Source: Flavobacteriaceae bacterium (lineage in GTDB: Bacteria; Bacteroidota; Bacteroidia; Flavobacteriales; Flavobacteriaceae). Taken from it: DNA of 64,000 nucleotides. The position numbers and the translations under genes are program-made. Within the stretch, counting starts at the first letter, position 1. Each line of letters opens with the position of its first letter. The DNA is taken from assembly GCA_024743095.1 (NCBI GenBank), contig JANSXF010000018.1:497-64496 (forward strand). Reading direction: 5' to 3'. This document shows, in pieces, positions 1 through 10,837 of this stretch. Under the pieces are notes generated by a model that saw only the letters and a program-made list of their open reading frames with translations, did not search any database and was not told the DNA's origin.

Positions 1-1227
1 TTCCGAACCTGTAAAGCCCAGAGCCAATAGGACCAAATCGCAGTCCCATTCTTTTTCTGTGCCCTCTACTTCTTTTAGCATGGGTCGTTGACCAGGTTGC
101 TTGATCCATTCAACTTCTACAGTTACCAAGCCTGTTAAATTTCCTTTGTCATCAGTGTTGAATCTTTTGGTGGAGATGCTGAATACTCGGTCCGCACCTT
201 CTTTATGTGAGGAACTGGTACGCAAACGCATTGGCCAAAATGGCCAAGGTTCGCCTTCGGGGCGATCTGGTGTTCCTTTCGGCATAATCTCAAAATTGGT
301 TACGGATACAGCCCCTTGCCTTATTGAAGTTCCGATACAATCCGAACCAGTGTCACCACCCCCAATTACGATTACTTTTTTGCCTTTTGCGGAAATCTCT
401 TCACCTTTGAAGGGGATGCCATCCACTTTCCTGTTGTTCTGTGGTAAAAAGTCCATCGCTTGAACCACACCTTTGGCGTCAGCCCCGGGAATAGGGAGGT
501 TACGCCTGACCGTGGCTCCTCCACACAAGACAATGGAGTCGTATTCTTTTTGAAGTTCTTCTGCGGTTATGTCAACACCAACATGGACACCTGTCTTAAA
601 CTCAATACCTTCCTTCTCCATCACTTCCAATCGTCTGTCTATGATGTTTTTCTCCATTTTAAAGTCTGGAATCCCATATCTTAAAAGTCCACCGAGCTTT
701 TCATCTCTCTCTAAAAGGGTAACTGTGTGCCCCGCACGATTCAACTGTTGGGCGGCTGCCAAGCCGGCTGGTCCAGAACCCACTACAGCAACTTTTTTCC
801 CTGTTCGAATGGTTGGGACTTCAGGTTTTACCCATCCGTTTTTAAAGGCGGTCTCTACTATATTTTTTTCAATATTTTCAATGGAGACCGCAGGTTCGTT
901 GATTCCCAATACGCAAGCTTCTTCGCAGGGTGCGGGGCACAATCTTCCTGTAAACTCTGGAAAATTATTGGTAGAATGAAGTATCTCGGCTGCTTTCTCC
1001 CATTTTCCTTTATAAACCGCATCGTTAAAGTCGGGAATTAAATTGCCAAGTGGGCAACCGCTATGGCAAAAGGGAATTCCACAGTCCATACAACGGGCGC
1101 CTTGGTTCTTTAATTCATCTTCTTTTAGAGGTTTTGTAAATTCCTTATAGTTTTTGATGCGTTCTTTGACAGGGGCGTATGCTTCGTCCTTCCTGTCAAA
1201 TTCCAAAAATCCTGTAATCTTTCCCAT
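1..1227 (-). CDS. gltD: Glutamate synthase (NADPH) small subunit. Only the N-terminal part is present; the C-terminus runs off the left edge.
   Basis: Absent from the ORF track because no stop lies in the window. My reverse-strand translation from the ATG at 1227 gives MGKITGFLEFDRKDEAYAPVKERIKNYKEF..GARCMDCGIPFCHSGCPLGN..KKVAVVGSGPAGLAAAQQLNRAGH. That is the Cys cluster plus the GxGxxG Rossmann motif typical of GltD. It starts 8 bp downstream of the gltB stop. Confidence 0.9.
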   Translation of the reverse strand, partial: MGKITGFLEFDRKDEAYAPVKERIKNYKEFTKPLKEDELKNQGARCMDCGIPFCHSGCPLGNLIPDFNDAVYKGKWEKAAEILHSTNNFPEFTGRLCPAPCEEACVLGINEPAVSIENIEKNIVETAFKNGWVKPEVPTIRTGKKVAVVGSGPAGLAAAQQLNRAGHTVTLLERDEKLGGLLRYGIPDFKMEKNIIDRRLEVMEKEGIEFKTGVHVGVDITAEELQKEYDSIVLCGGATVRRNLPIPGADAKGVVQAMDFLPQNNRKVDGIPFKGEEISAKGKKVIVIGGGDTGSDCIGTSIRQGAVSVTNFEIMPKGTPDRPEGEPWPFWPMRLRTSSSHKEGADRVFSISTKRFNTDDKGNLTGLVTVEVEWIKQPGQRPMLKEVEGTEKEWDCDLVLLALGFTGSE

Positions 1228-1235
1228 GTCTCAAA

Positions 1236-4200
1236 TTATAAGGTTTGCATTTTTTCTTCTTCTAATCGGATAAGTGCCTGGCGGTATTCTTCTGGGAATA
1301 CTTTAATGAATTTGGGAAGACATTTTTCCCAATTTTCAAGGATATGCTGGCCCAAAGGACTTAATGTGGCATTATAATGGCTTTCAATCAAGTCTCTCAA
1401 CTGCTGAATGTCGTTGTCTTCGTCAACAGGGAGCAGATTTAAGTGATCTCCATTGCAGTTGCGTCTAAATGTATTGTCCTTATCGTAGATGTAGGCAATT
1501 CCACCGCTCATACCGGCACCGAAATTTCTTCCTACAGAACCAAGGATTACGGCGACGCCACCTGTCATGTATTCGCAACCATGATCGCCAATACCCTCGA
1601 CCACTGCTTTGACCCCGGAGTTTCTTACACAGAAACGCTCACCGGCCTTACCGTTGATATAAGCTTCTCCAGAAGTGGCCCCATATAGGGTAACGTTTCC
1701 GGTGATCACATTCTCTTCGGGTTTTATGGTAGATTTAAAGGGCACTTTAACGATAAGTTTGGCTCCTGAGAGCCCTTTTCCTAAATAATCGTTGGTATTT
1801 CCATTGACTACCATGGTAAGTCCTTTGGTGGCAAATGCCCCAAAGCTTTGTCCTGCAGAGCCTGTAAAATTTAGCTTGAGGGTATTTTCAGGTAATCCTT
1901 CCTCTCCATAAATTTTTGAAATCTCATTACTAATGATAGCTCCAACGGCTCTGTCCGTGTTCTTGATAGGGAAATCCAATGTGGTTTTCTCTTTCCTGAA
2001 CAGAGCGGGGTGCGCCTTTCCTATAATCTCAAATTCAATGGACTTATCTATTTCGTGATATTGTTTTTCCGTGTTGTGCAGCTTTGTGCCCTCTGGAACA
2101 TCTATGCGATAGAGTATGGGCGTTAAATCGATACCGGCCGCTTTATAATGTTCGATTGCTTTTTTTCTGTCCAGTTTTTGTACCTGACCGACCATTTCGT
2201 TCAAGGTTCTAAAACCTAGTTTGGCCATAATTTCGCGTAGTTCTTGTGCAACAAAGTACATATAGTTGACAACGTGTTCCGGTTTTCCCTGGAACTTTTT
2301 GCGCAATTCGGGGTTTTGGGTGGCAATACCTACCGGACAGGTGTTAAGATGGCAGACGCGCATCATAATACAGCCCGACGCCACTAACGGAGCTGTAGCA
2401 AAACCGAATTCCTCTGCTCCCAATAGACAAGCAATGGCCACATCCCGTCCTGTCTTCAACTGTCCATCACACTCCAGAACCACCCTATTTCTTAAGTCGT
2501 TCAATACTAAAGTCTGTTGGGCTTCAGCGATTCCTAGTTCCCAAGGTAGTCCAGCATGTTTTAAAGATGTTAGTGGTGATGCTCCCGTTCCCCCATCAAA
2601 TCCAGAGATCAATATGACATCTGCCTTTGCTTTTGCCACACCTGCGGCTACTGTACCCACACCAACTTCTGACACGAGCTTTACATTTACGCGAGCTTCT
2701 CGGTTTGCAGACTTCAAATCATATATCAACTGTGACAAATCTTCAATCGAATAAATATCGTGGTGCGGAGGTGGTGAAATCAATCCCACGTAAGGTGTGG
2801 AGTTTCTTGTCTTAGCGATGGCCGGGTTGACTTTTGGTCCAGGTAATTGCCCGCCTTCACCGGGTTTGGCCCCTTGTGCCATTTTGATCTGTATCTCTTG
2901 GGCACTTGTCAAATAATTGGATGTTACCCCGAACCTACCTGATGCGACCTGTTTTATGGCACTGTTCTTCCAGTCCCCTGTTTGACTTTTATAAAAACGA
3001 GCCGAATCCTCTCCGCCTTCGCCCGAATTGCTCTTGCCCCCGATTCGGTTCATGGCAACCGCAAGGTTTTCGTGTGCCTCCTTACTGATACTTCCGTAGG
3101 ACATGGCCCCAGTTTTGAACCTTTTTACAATTTCTGTCCAAGGTTCGACTTCTTCAATGGGAATTGGGTCGTAGTTCGAAAATTCGAAAAGTCCACGGAT
3201 AGTCATCAAGTGTTTGGATTGCTCATTGACCAGTTTGGAATACTCTTTATAGGTTTCCGGCTCATTGTTGCGTACCGATTTTTGAAGCATGGCGACACTT
3301 AATGGATTGAACATGTGCTTCTCGCCATTTCTTCTCCAGCGGTACTCCCCGCCGACCTCTATGTCGAGATTGGCGGATATATTTTGTGATAGAAATGCCT
3401 TTTTATGGCGTTTGGTCACTTCTTTTTCTATTTCGTAAAGTCCAATTCCTTGGATTCGAGTAGGGGTGTTGGGGAAATATCTGTCCACAACAGTAGTATT
3501 GATTCCGATACACTCGAACAATTGGGAACCCCGATAGGAGTTAAGCGTGGATATTCCGATTTTGTTCATCACCTTCAATATCCCTTTCCCAATAGCCTTG
3601 TTGTAATTTTTAACGGCTTCCTCGAAAGTGTAATCGGTAATATTGTTTTCCTCGATTTGCTCACCAATGATTTCGTTTACCAAATATGGGTTGATGGCAC
3701 TTGCGCCAAAACCAAAAAGAAGGGCAAAATGATGAACTTCTCTAGGTTCAGCGGATTCTATAATAATGCTCAGCTTGGAACGCTTTCCTAATTTTCTAAG
3801 GCCGCTATTTACATAGGAACAGGCTAAAAGAGCAGGGATAGGTGCCATTTCGGTGCTTACCATTCTATCGGATAGGATAATGATGTTTGCGTCCTGGTCA
3901 ATGGCATTTGATGCCTGCTGCAATATACCGTCCAAGGCCTCCTCCAGTCCATTATGCCCTTTGTTGATCTCATAGAGCATGGAAATGGAGACGACTTTAT
4001 AGTCTGGACTGGCATCGTAATTTTTGATTTTGTCCAAATCTTCCTTGGAAATAACCGGGTTTTGGATTTTCAGCTTTCGACAATGCAATTCTGAAAAATC
4101 AAAAATGTTATGGTCGCTGCCCAAGGTCAAACTAATATCGGTAATCAATTCCTCACGGATACCGTCCAAAGGGGGATTGGTTACCTGGGCAAAGAGTTGT

Positions 4201-5744
4201 TTAAAGTAATTGTATATCAATTGTGGGCGCTCGGACAACACGGCAATTGGAGTATCGGAGCCCATGGAACCAATGGGTTCCTTACCATTTTCTGCCATGG
4301 GCATTATAATGGTATTGATGTCTTCTTGGGTGTACCCGAATGCAGTTCGTCTGGTCTGGAGCGGGAATTCTCCAAAGAAAACCGGGCAATCGTTATAAGG
4401 AATATCCCTCAAGTGCACCAAATTGTTCTTTAACCATTCTTTGTAAGGATGCTTTTTGGCAATGGCCTCCTTGATTTCTTCGTCGTTCACGATTCTTCCT
4501 TCCTCCATGTTCACCAAGAACATTTTTCCGGGCTCCAATCGTCCGTGGAATTCGATATCCTCCGGTTCCAATTCAACCACTCCAGTTTCTGAGGACATGA
4601 TCACATATCCTTTTTTGGTTACGGAGTATCTGGATGGGCGGAGCCCATTTCTATCAAGTACGGCTCCTATATAGTTTCCATCAGTGAACGGAATGGATGC
4701 GGGCCCGTCCCAAGGTTCCATCAGGCATGAGTTGTATTCATAAAATGCTCTTTTGGCTTCGGACATGTCCGGGTTCTTTTCCCATGCTTCCGGAACCAAC
4801 ATCATCATTACTTCGGGTAAAGAGCGACCGGTCATCAATAACAGTTCAACTACCATATCCATACTGGCGGAATCGGATTTTGCCGGCAATACAATGGGAA
4901 GTATTTTTTTGATGTCCTCGCCAAACCAATCACTTTGCATAAGTTCTTCGCGCGAACGCATGCGTGATACATTTCCTCGTAAAGTGTTTATTTCTCCATT
5001 GTGGCACATATACCTAAAGGGCTGTGCCAAATCCCACATGGGGAAAGTGTTGGTGGAAAATCTTTGGTGTACCAGTGCCAAGCGGGTAACTACGCGCGGG
5101 TCCAAAAGGTCTTCGTAATATCTGCTGATGTCCTTGGGGACCAAGAGTCCCTTAAAAATGATGATCTTTGTAGATAGACTGGGCAAATAGAAAAACTCAC
5201 TTTCCGACAGTTTGCTCTCTATAACGGTATGTTCCGTGACCTTACGTGCGATGAATAGTTTAAGGTTGAACTGAAATTCGTCCAGGTCTTCTCCCTTTCC
5301 AACAAAAACCTGCATAACATAAGGCTCGGTCTCTGCCGCTATCCTTCCGGGAACAGAACGATTAACGGGAACCTGTCGCCACCCTAGGAGTTTGAGTCCC
5401 TGCTTTTCTATATTTTCCTCAAAGACCTTTATGCAAAAGTTACGTTGGTTTTCTTTTTGTGGCAGAAATACGTTTCCGACTGCATATTCTCCAGCTTCCG
5501 GTATATCAAACGCGCAGGCGTCCTTGAAGAAGGCGTGGGGTATATCTATCAAGATACCTGCACCATCCCCTGTTTTTCCATCTGAACTTACAGCTCCCCT
5601 ATGCTCCAGTTTATCAAGAATTTCGAGGGCTTTGTGTATTATGTCATTGGACTTAATTCCTTTTAGGCTACATATGAAGCCTGCACCGCAGTTGTCATGC
5701 TCAAATTCCGGTAAATATAAACCTTGTTTCTTCAATCCCATCAT
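1236..5744 (-). CDS. gltB: Glutamate synthase large subunit (1502 aa)
   Basis: The N-terminal Ntn amidotransferase start ([10 protein letters not shown]) is followed by the central, FMN (GEGGQLPG) and GXGXG-repeat C-terminal domains. Length and layout are typical of GltB. Confidence 0.97.
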   Translation of the reverse strand: MMGLKKQGLYLPEFEHDNCGAGFICSLKGIKSNDIIHKALEILDKLEHRGAVSSDGKTGDGAGILIDIPHAFFKDACAFDIPEAGEYAVGNVFLPQKENQRNFCIKVFEENIEKQGLKLLGWRQVPVNRSVPGRIAAETEPYVMQVFVGKGEDLDEFQFNLKLFIARKVTEHTVIESKLSESEFFYLPSLSTKIIIFKGLLVPKDISRYYEDLLDPRVVTRLALVHQRFSTNTFPMWDLAQPFRYMCHNGEINTLRGNVSRMRSREELMQSDWFGEDIKKILPIVLPAKSDSASMDMVVELLLMTGRSLPEVMMMLVPEAWEKNPDMSEAKRAFYEYNSCLMEPWDGPASIPFTDGNYIGAVLDRNGLRPSRYSVTKKGYVIMSSETGVVELEPEDIEFHGRLEPGKMFLVNMEEGRIVNDEEIKEAIAKKHPYKEWLKNNLVHLRDIPYNDCPVFFGEFPLQTRRTAFGYTQEDINTIIMPMAENGKEPIGSMGSDTPIAVLSERPQLIYNYFKQLFAQVTNPPLDGIREELITDISLTLGSDHNIFDFSELHCRKLKIQNPVISKEDLDKIKNYDASPDYKVVSISMLYEINKGHNGLEEALDGILQQASNAIDQDANIIILSDRMVSTEMAPIPALLACSYVNSGLRKLGKRSKLSIIIESAEPREVHHFALLFGFGASAINPYLVNEIIGEQIEENNITDYTFEEAVKNYNKAIGKGILKVMNKIGISTLNSYRGSQLFECIGINTTVVDRYFPNTPTRIQGIGLYEIEKEVTKRHKKAFLSQNISANLDIEVGGEYRWRRNGEKHMFNPLSVAMLQKSVRNNEPETYKEYSKLVNEQSKHLMTIRGLFEFSNYDPIPIEEVEPWTEIVKRFKTGAMSYGSISKEAHENLAVAMNRIGGKSNSGEGGEDSARFYKSQTGDWKNSAIKQVASGRFGVTSNYLTSAQEIQIKMAQGAKPGEGGQLPGPKVNPAIAKTRNSTPYVGLISPPPHHDIYSIEDLSQLIYDLKSANREARVNVKLVSEVGVGTVAAGVAKAKADVILISGFDGGTGASPLTSLKHAGLPWELGIAEAQQTLVLNDLRNRVVLECDGQLKTGRDVAIACLLGAEEFGFATAPLVASGCIMMRVCHLNTCPVGIATQNPELRKKFQGKPEHVVNYMYFVAQELREIMAKLGFRTLNEMVGQVQKLDRKKAIEHYKAAGIDLTPILYRIDVPEGTKLHNTEKQYHEIDKSIEFEIIGKAHPALFRKEKTTLDFPIKNTDRAVGAIISNEISKIYGEEGLPENTLKLNFTGSAGQSFGAFATKGLTMVVNGNTNDYLGKGLSGAKLIVKVPFKSTIKPEENVITGNVTLYGATSGEAYINGKAGERFCVRNSGVKAVVEGIGDHGCEYMTGGVAVILGSVGRNFGAGMSGGIAYIYDKDNTFRRNCNGDHLNLLPVDEDNDIQQLRDLIESHYNATLSPLGQHILENWEKCLPKFIKVFPEEYRQALIRLEEEKMQTL

Positions 5745-5796
5745 TAACGTATTTCCTCAAAAATATCAAAACTGATGTATAAATAACAAGGTTTTT

Positions 5797-5821
5797 GTTG
5801 ATTATCAGATAAATAATCAAC
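5797..5821. promoter_or_regulatory. 9-bp perfect inverted repeat gttgattat-N7-ataatcaac upstream of gltB; candidate operator
   Basis: Read directly from the sequence. Arms are 5797-5805 and 5813-5821, about 55-75 bp upstream of the gltB start codon on the minus strand. No cognate regulator was identified. Confidence 0.25.
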
Positions 5822-6049
5822 GTATTGCTTATGGGGTTAAAAAAAATTTAATTTAGGAATTAAGAGAATGTTAAATTATCATTATCTCAAATTGAGTTCT
5901 AAAAATAGGTAGCTCCCCGCTATTAAAAGAGTGTTTCGTCTTATTTGGATGTGTTTTGAGTAAATATGGCTGTTGAAAACAAGGGGGTGTAAGTAGTGTG
6001 TGTTATTTTTTGATTAGAGCCCCCTCTTTTTGGGAGGGGTGGATGTTGT

Positions 6050-7192
6050 TTAGTCTTTTAAGATGCTTCTAGAGATAACAATTTTCTGGATTTCGGAGGT
6101 GCCTTCATAAATCTGAGTGATTTTGGCATCCCTCATCAAGCGTTCCACGTGATAGTCTTTAACATATCCATTTCCACCATGTATTTGGACGGCTTCGACC
6201 GCTGTTTCCATAGCAATTTCGGAAGCGTACAGTTTGGCCATGGCCCCGGAGAGAGTGTAATCGTTTCCGGCATCCTTATCGCAGGCCGCCTGATAAACTA
6301 AGTGACGGGCCGCCTGTATTTTTGTATGCATATCCGCCAATTTGAATGCAATTGCTTGATGGTTTGCTATTTCTGTACCGAAGGCCTTACGTTCTTTGGA
6401 ATATTTAAGTGCCAATTCGTAAGCTCCAGCAGCAATGCCGAGTGCTTGTGCGGCAATTCCGATTCGCCCGCCTGCCAAGGTCTTCATAGCGAACTTAAAA
6501 CCGAAACCGTCATCGCCGATACGGTTTTCTTTTGGAACCTTAACGTCATTGAACATCAAGGAGTGGGTGTCGCTTCCCCGAATGCCCAATTTGTTCTCTT
6601 TGGGGCCAATATCAAAACCTTCCATGTCTTTTTCAATGATCAAAGCATTGATGCCGTGGTGGCCTTTCTCCCTGTCTGTTTGTGCAATGACTAGATACAC
6701 TTCGGCTTGGTTTCCATTTGTGATCCAGTTTTTTGTACCGTTTAATATATAGTGGTCACCGTTGTCTATGGCCGTTGTTTTCTGGGAAGTTGCATCACTT
6801 CCGGCCTCGGGCTCGGAAAGACAGAAGGCGCCAATGATCTCACCTGTTGCCAAGCGGGTAAGGTATTTTTGTTTTTGCTCCTCGCTTCCGTAGGTTTCCA
6901 GTCCCCAGCAGACCAAAGAATTGTTTACGGATACCATTACCGAAGCTGAGGCATCTATTTTGGACAGTTCTTCCATGGCAATTACATAGGAAAGGGTGCC
7001 AAGGCCACTGCCTCCATATTTCTCATTGACCATCATGCCCATAAACCCAAGGTCTCCCATTTTTTTAACAAGCTCACTTGGAAACTTTTGGGCTTCGTCG
7101 CGTTCAATGACCCCTGGTAAAAGTTCATTTTGGGCAAAATCTTTTGCCGCTTGTTGTATCATTAACTGTTCTTCGGAAAGTGTGAAATCCAT
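6050..7192 (-). CDS. Acyl-CoA dehydrogenase (short/branched-chain type, 380 aa)
   Basis: Full-length match to the ACAD fold as I recall it. Motifs include GAFCLSEPEAGSD and the C-terminal QIYEGTSEIQ with the catalytic Glu. Confidence 0.9.
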   Translation of the reverse strand: MDFTLSEEQLMIQQAAKDFAQNELLPGVIERDEAQKFPSELVKKMGDLGFMGMMVNEKYGGSGLGTLSYVIAMEELSKIDASASVMVSVNNSLVCWGLETYGSEEQKQKYLTRLATGEIIGAFCLSEPEAGSDATSQKTTAIDNGDHYILNGTKNWITNGNQAEVYLVIAQTDREKGHHGINALIIEKDMEGFDIGPKENKLGIRGSDTHSLMFNDVKVPKENRIGDDGFGFKFAMKTLAGGRIGIAAQALGIAAGAYELALKYSKERKAFGTEIANHQAIAFKLADMHTKIQAARHLVYQAACDKDAGNDYTLSGAMAKLYASEIAMETAVEAVQIHGGNGYVKDYHVERLMRDAKITQIYEGTSEIQKIVISRSILKD

Positions 7193-7428
7193 AAAACTGA
7201 ATAATATTTAAAAACCACCCGCAAATATAGTCTTCTGGTGTTAATTTTATATAAAAAACATCAGTTAAATGAGAATGATTAAAATTTCATCTCATTTTTT
7301 GAAATCTATCTATTCTTGTCTCTTTATTTTTATACCAATTAGATTATGCGGAAATATTCATTTTGAATATCTTTAGCCACACAGATAACTGCTCAAAAAT
7401 ATTATTCCTTAATTAAACCAAACTTAAC

Positions 7429-8814
7429 ATGGAAACCCTTTTAGTTGTCATTTTTGTAATTGGATATTTGGCAATTACCCTAGAACATAATTTAAAAATC
7501 GATAAACTTATTCCGGCATTGGCGATGATGGCCATTTTGTGGGCCCTAATGGCTTTTGGTATCGACGGTTTCACAACTTGGTTCGACTCTGGAAACCATG
7601 CACTGTTGGAAAACTTTGGGTCTTTTGGCCATGAAGAGAAAATGGAACTGATGGAAGAGACCCTTCTTCATCACTTGGGAAAGACCGCCGAGATATTGGT
7701 ATTCCTTTTAGGTGCGATGACCATTGTTGAGATTATTGATTACTTTGATGGTTTTGCCACCATAAAATCTTTTGTAAAGACAAGGAGCAAAAAGAAGATC
7801 CTTTGGATATTCTCCTTCTTGGCCTTTATCCTTTCTGCTATCATAGATAACTTAACAGCGACCATTGTACTTATTTCCATCCTTCAAAAAATTGTTAAGG
7901 ACAGGGATGTTAGGCTTTGGTATGCCGGTTTGATCATTATTGCCGCAAATGCTGGTGGAGCTTGGTCGCCGATCGGGGACGTGACCACTACCATGTTATG
8001 GATTGGGGACAAAGTTTCAACTGCCATGCTTATAGAACATTTGTTGGTTCCATCTTTGGTATGCATGTTATTGCCTTCTTTCATTGCATCTTTTCTTCCT
8101 GCCTTTAAAGGAGAGATAGATATGGAGGAAGATGGGGGGACAGCTTCAAAGTATGGACCCAGAATGCTTTATTTGGGTCTAGGAGCAATTGTTTTTGTCC
8201 CTATTTTTAAAACAGTAACGCATTTGCCACCATATGTGGGGATGATGTTGTCTTTGGCCGTTGTGGCAACTTTTGCCGAAATTTACAGTAATAAAAAGAT
8301 TGCAATTTCTTCCGTGGACCAAGAAAGTGATGAGCATGCTCACCATAGCCCGGTGCATAGTGCCTTGACAAAAATTGAACTTCCCAGTATTCTGTTTTTC
8401 TTGGGTATTTTGATGGCCGTGGCCGCATTGGAATCCTTGGGGCTGTTGTTCAATTTTGCAGAAGGATTAAAACAAGGAATGCCGTTGATCGGAACGGAAA
8501 TGGCAGGTACTCGAGTGTCGGATTTGGTTGTGGTGCTATTGGGTATAGGTTCTGCTGTGATCGATAATGTTCCTTTGGTGGCAGCAAGTTTGGGGATGTT
8601 CTCCGAGCCAATGGATGACCAATTATGGCACTTTATCGCCTATTCCGCGGGAACTGGAGGGAGTATGTTGATTATTGGTTCAGCAGCTGGAGTTGTTGCC
8701 ATGGGAATGGAAAAAATCGACTTTTTCTGGTATCTTAAAAAGATATCTTGGTTGGCCTTTGTAGGCTTCATTGCCGGGGCAATTGTATTTATGGTGATGC
8801 GATATTTGTTCTAA
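7429..8814 (+). CDS. nhaD: NhaD-type Na+/H+ antiporter (ArsB/NhaD superfamily, 461 aa)
   Basis: Polytopic membrane protein with the repeated AIIDN / AVIDNVPL motifs typical of NhaD/ArsB-fold transporters. Confidence 0.75.
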   Translation: METLLVVIFVIGYLAITLEHNLKIDKLIPALAMMAILWALMAFGIDGFTTWFDSGNHALLENFGSFGHEEKMELMEETLLHHLGKTAEILVFLLGAMTIVEIIDYFDGFATIKSFVKTRSKKKILWIFSFLAFILSAIIDNLTATIVLISILQKIVKDRDVRLWYAGLIIIAANAGGAWSPIGDVTTTMLWIGDKVSTAMLIEHLLVPSLVCMLLPSFIASFLPAFKGEIDMEEDGGTASKYGPRMLYLGLGAIVFVPIFKTVTHLPPYVGMMLSLAVVATFAEIYSNKKIAISSVDQESDEHAHHSPVHSALTKIELPSILFFLGILMAVAALESLGLLFNFAEGLKQGMPLIGTEMAGTRVSDLVVVLLGIGSAVIDNVPLVAASLGMFSEPMDDQLWHFIAYSAGTGGSMLIIGSAAGVVAMGMEKIDFFWYLKKISWLAFVGFIAGAIVFMVMRYLF

Positions 8815-8870
8815 AAAATACTTTAGTTCAAAAATCTCCGTTATTATTGCAAATAAATTGGGGATTTTAT

Positions 8871-9563
8871 ATGAATATTTTACAAGAAGTAACGGAAGGC
8901 GCTGAGGCAACAGCCTCAATTTCCGAAGAAAAGACCTTATCCGTAATCGATCTTATTGTCAATGGAGGAACAGGGAGTGTCATAATAATTGTGGTACTCT
9001 TTGTTCTTCTTTTTGTTGCTATGTACATTTATTTTGAACGGATTTTTGCCATAAAGGCAGCGTCCAAGATAGATAAGAATTTCATGAACCAGATTCGTGA
9101 TCATATCAGCAACGGCAAACTGGAGGCTGCAAAATTGTTATGTGCGCAAACGGATTCTCCTGTAGCACGACTTACCGAAAAGGGTGTTGCCCGAATTGGA
9201 AAACCTTTGGATGACATCAACACCGCCATCGAAAATGCAGGTACGTTAGAAGTTTACAAACTGGAGAAGAACGTTAGCGTATTGGCTACCGTTGCGGGTG
9301 CTGCTCCAATGATCGGTTTCTTGGGAACCGTAATAGGTATGATTTTGGCATTCCACGAGATGGCAAGTAGCGGTGGACAGGCAGAAATGGGTTCTTTGGC
9401 ATCCGGTATCTATACTGCTATGACAACGACCGTAGCCGGTTTGGTAGTTGGTATTATTGCCTATATCGGTTACAACCATTTGGTAAACCGAACCGATAAA
9501 GTGGTACATCAGATGGAGGCCAATGCCGTTGAGTTTTTGGACCTTTTGAACGAACCAGTATAA
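8871..9563 (+). CDS. exbB: MotA/TolQ/ExbB proton-channel protein
   Basis: C-terminal conserved region APMIGFLGTVIGMILAF..TAMTTTVAGL. I moved the start to the ATG at 8871 (MNILQEV) because the track ORF start at 8748 overlaps the end of nhaD. Confidence 0.85.
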   Translation: MNILQEVTEGAEATASISEEKTLSVIDLIVNGGTGSVIIIVVLFVLLFVAMYIYFERIFAIKAASKIDKNFMNQIRDHISNGKLEAAKLLCAQTDSPVARLTEKGVARIGKPLDDINTAIENAGTLEVYKLEKNVSVLATVAGAAPMIGFLGTVIGMILAFHEMASSGGQAEMGSLASGIYTAMTTTVAGLVVGIIAYIGYNHLVNRTDKVVHQMEANAVEFLDLLNEPV

Positions 9564-9572
9564 CCCTTAGCT

Positions 9573-9959
9573 ATGAAACTGAAGGGAAGAAACAAAATAA
9601 GCCCGGAGTTCAGTATGTCGTCAATGACGGATATCGTTTTTCTGTTATTGGTGTTTTTTATGCTGACCTCCAATGCGCCCAATGCTCTGGATTTGCTCTT
9701 GCCAAAGGCAAAGGGTAAATCCACGAACACACAGAATGTCTCGGTGACCATTGATAAAAACCTGAAGTATTTTGTGAACAACGAGCAGATCAACAAAGAA
9801 TACATTGAAATTGAATTAAAAAAGGCACTTGAAGGTCAAGAAAAGCCGACAATCATCCTCAGAGCAGAAGAAAACGTGGCCATTAAAGAAGCGGTCAATG
9901 TAATGGACATTGCAAACAGGAACAGTTACAAGGTTATCTTGGCGGTGCGGCCAAAATAA
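9573..9959 (+). CDS. exbD: ExbD/TolR biopolymer transport protein (128 aa)
   Basis: N-terminal motif SMTDIVFLLLVFFM with a single TM helix. It lies immediately after exbB. Confidence 0.85.
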   Translation: MKLKGRNKISPEFSMSSMTDIVFLLLVFFMLTSNAPNALDLLLPKAKGKSTNTQNVSVTIDKNLKYFVNNEQINKEYIEIELKKALEGQEKPTIILRAEENVAIKEAVNVMDIANRNSYKVILAVRPK

Positions 9960-10837
9960 TGTCCTTTTTAGATACGAGACACAAGAAAAAATCCTTTACG
10001 CTCACAACACTTTTGTTGAGTGCACTCCTTCTATTGCTTTTTTATATCGGATTGACCTATCTCGACCCGCCTATTGAAAATGGTATTGCCGTTAATTTTG
10101 GAACCATGGAATATGGGAGTGGGGAAGTACAGCCAACGGAGCCAGTGCGTTCCGAACCTAGGGAAGTGGAAAGTCAACCTGAACCTCAAGAAGTGGCTGA
10201 GCCTGCTGAGCCTGAGCAAACTGTAGTCGAAGAAGCTCCGGTTGAAGAGGTTTTAACAAGTAATGATGAGGAAACCATAAAACTTAGGCAACAACAAGAA
10301 GCCAAGCGTAAGGCGGAAGAGGAAGCAGAAAAGGCCAAAGCGGAAGAGGAACGCATAGCCAAAGAAAAGCGTGATGCTGAAGAGCGTAAACGACAAGAGC
10401 AGGAAGCGAAGAAAAAGAGCGTGGATGCACTTATCGGAGGAATAGGTAAATCAGACGGAACAACTACAGGAAGTGAAGGTAACGATGATCGCGCTGGCGA
10501 CAAGGGACAGCCAGATGGAGATCCTTATGCATCATCCTATTATGGTTCCCCGGGAAGTGGGACCGGTGGTTATGGATTAAGTGGAAGGTCTTTGGCCAAC
10601 AAAGGAAAAGTTCAACAAGATTGTAATGAAGAAGGTAGGGTTGTTGTTAGAATCACTGTTGATAGGTCCGGGAAAGTCATAAAGGCCGAGCCCGGTGTAA
10701 AAGGCACCACAAACAACGCTCCATGTCTGTTGGAACCTGCCCGTAAAACGGCACTGCTCCATAAATGGAATTCAGATTCGAATGCTCCAGCGCAACAGAT
10801 AGGTTTTGTGGTTGTCAATTTTAAACTAGGGCAATAG
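9959..10837 (+). CDS. tonB: TonB-family energy transducer (292 aa)
   Basis: N-terminal TM anchor, then a Pro/Glu-rich and Glu/Lys-rich linker, then a C-terminal TonB-like domain (GRVVVRITVDRSGKV..). Its start overlaps the exbD stop. Confidence 0.75.
   Translation: MSFLDTRHKKKSFTLTTLLLSALLLLLFYIGLTYLDPPIENGIAVNFGTMEYGSGEVQPTEPVRSEPREVESQPEPQEVAEPAEPEQTVVEEAPVEEVLTSNDEETIKLRQQQEAKRKAEEEAEKAKAEEERIAKEKRDAEERKRQEQEAKKKSVDALIGGIGKSDGTTTGSEGNDDRAGDKGQPDGDPYASSYYGSPGSGTGGYGLSGRSLANKGKVQQDCNEEGRVVVRITVDRSGKVIKAEPGVKGTTNNAPCLLEPARKTALLHKWNSDSNAPAQQIGFVVVNFKLGQ

Noticed and set aside
7267-7297. Hairpin aaatgaga-N15-tctcattt followed by a T run in the nhaD leader, as a possible attenuator or riboswitch terminator
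   Set aside because: The stem is only 8 bp, is AT-rich and has a large loop. I could recognise no conserved aptamer-like sequence upstream. It is too weak to call.
8748-8870. N-terminal extensions suggested by the ORF track for several genes. They affect exbB (8748), susD (18312), the RraA-like gene (25248), the PQQ gene (26542), murF (to 35028), the mlaF-like gene (to 47350), gcvP (to 55421), purK (to 61406) and the anti-sigma gene (to 56518).
   Set aside because: Each extension overlaps the upstream gene or a terminator. Each also precedes an internal Met that begins a recognisable signal peptide or a conserved N-terminus. I therefore used the downstream starts.
10180-10520. Glu/Lys/Ala-rich low-complexity stretch, with a long antisense ORF at 10186-10503
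   Set aside because: It is the usual charged linker of a TonB-family protein. The antisense ORF is a Ser/Ala-rich mirror artefact of that linker.
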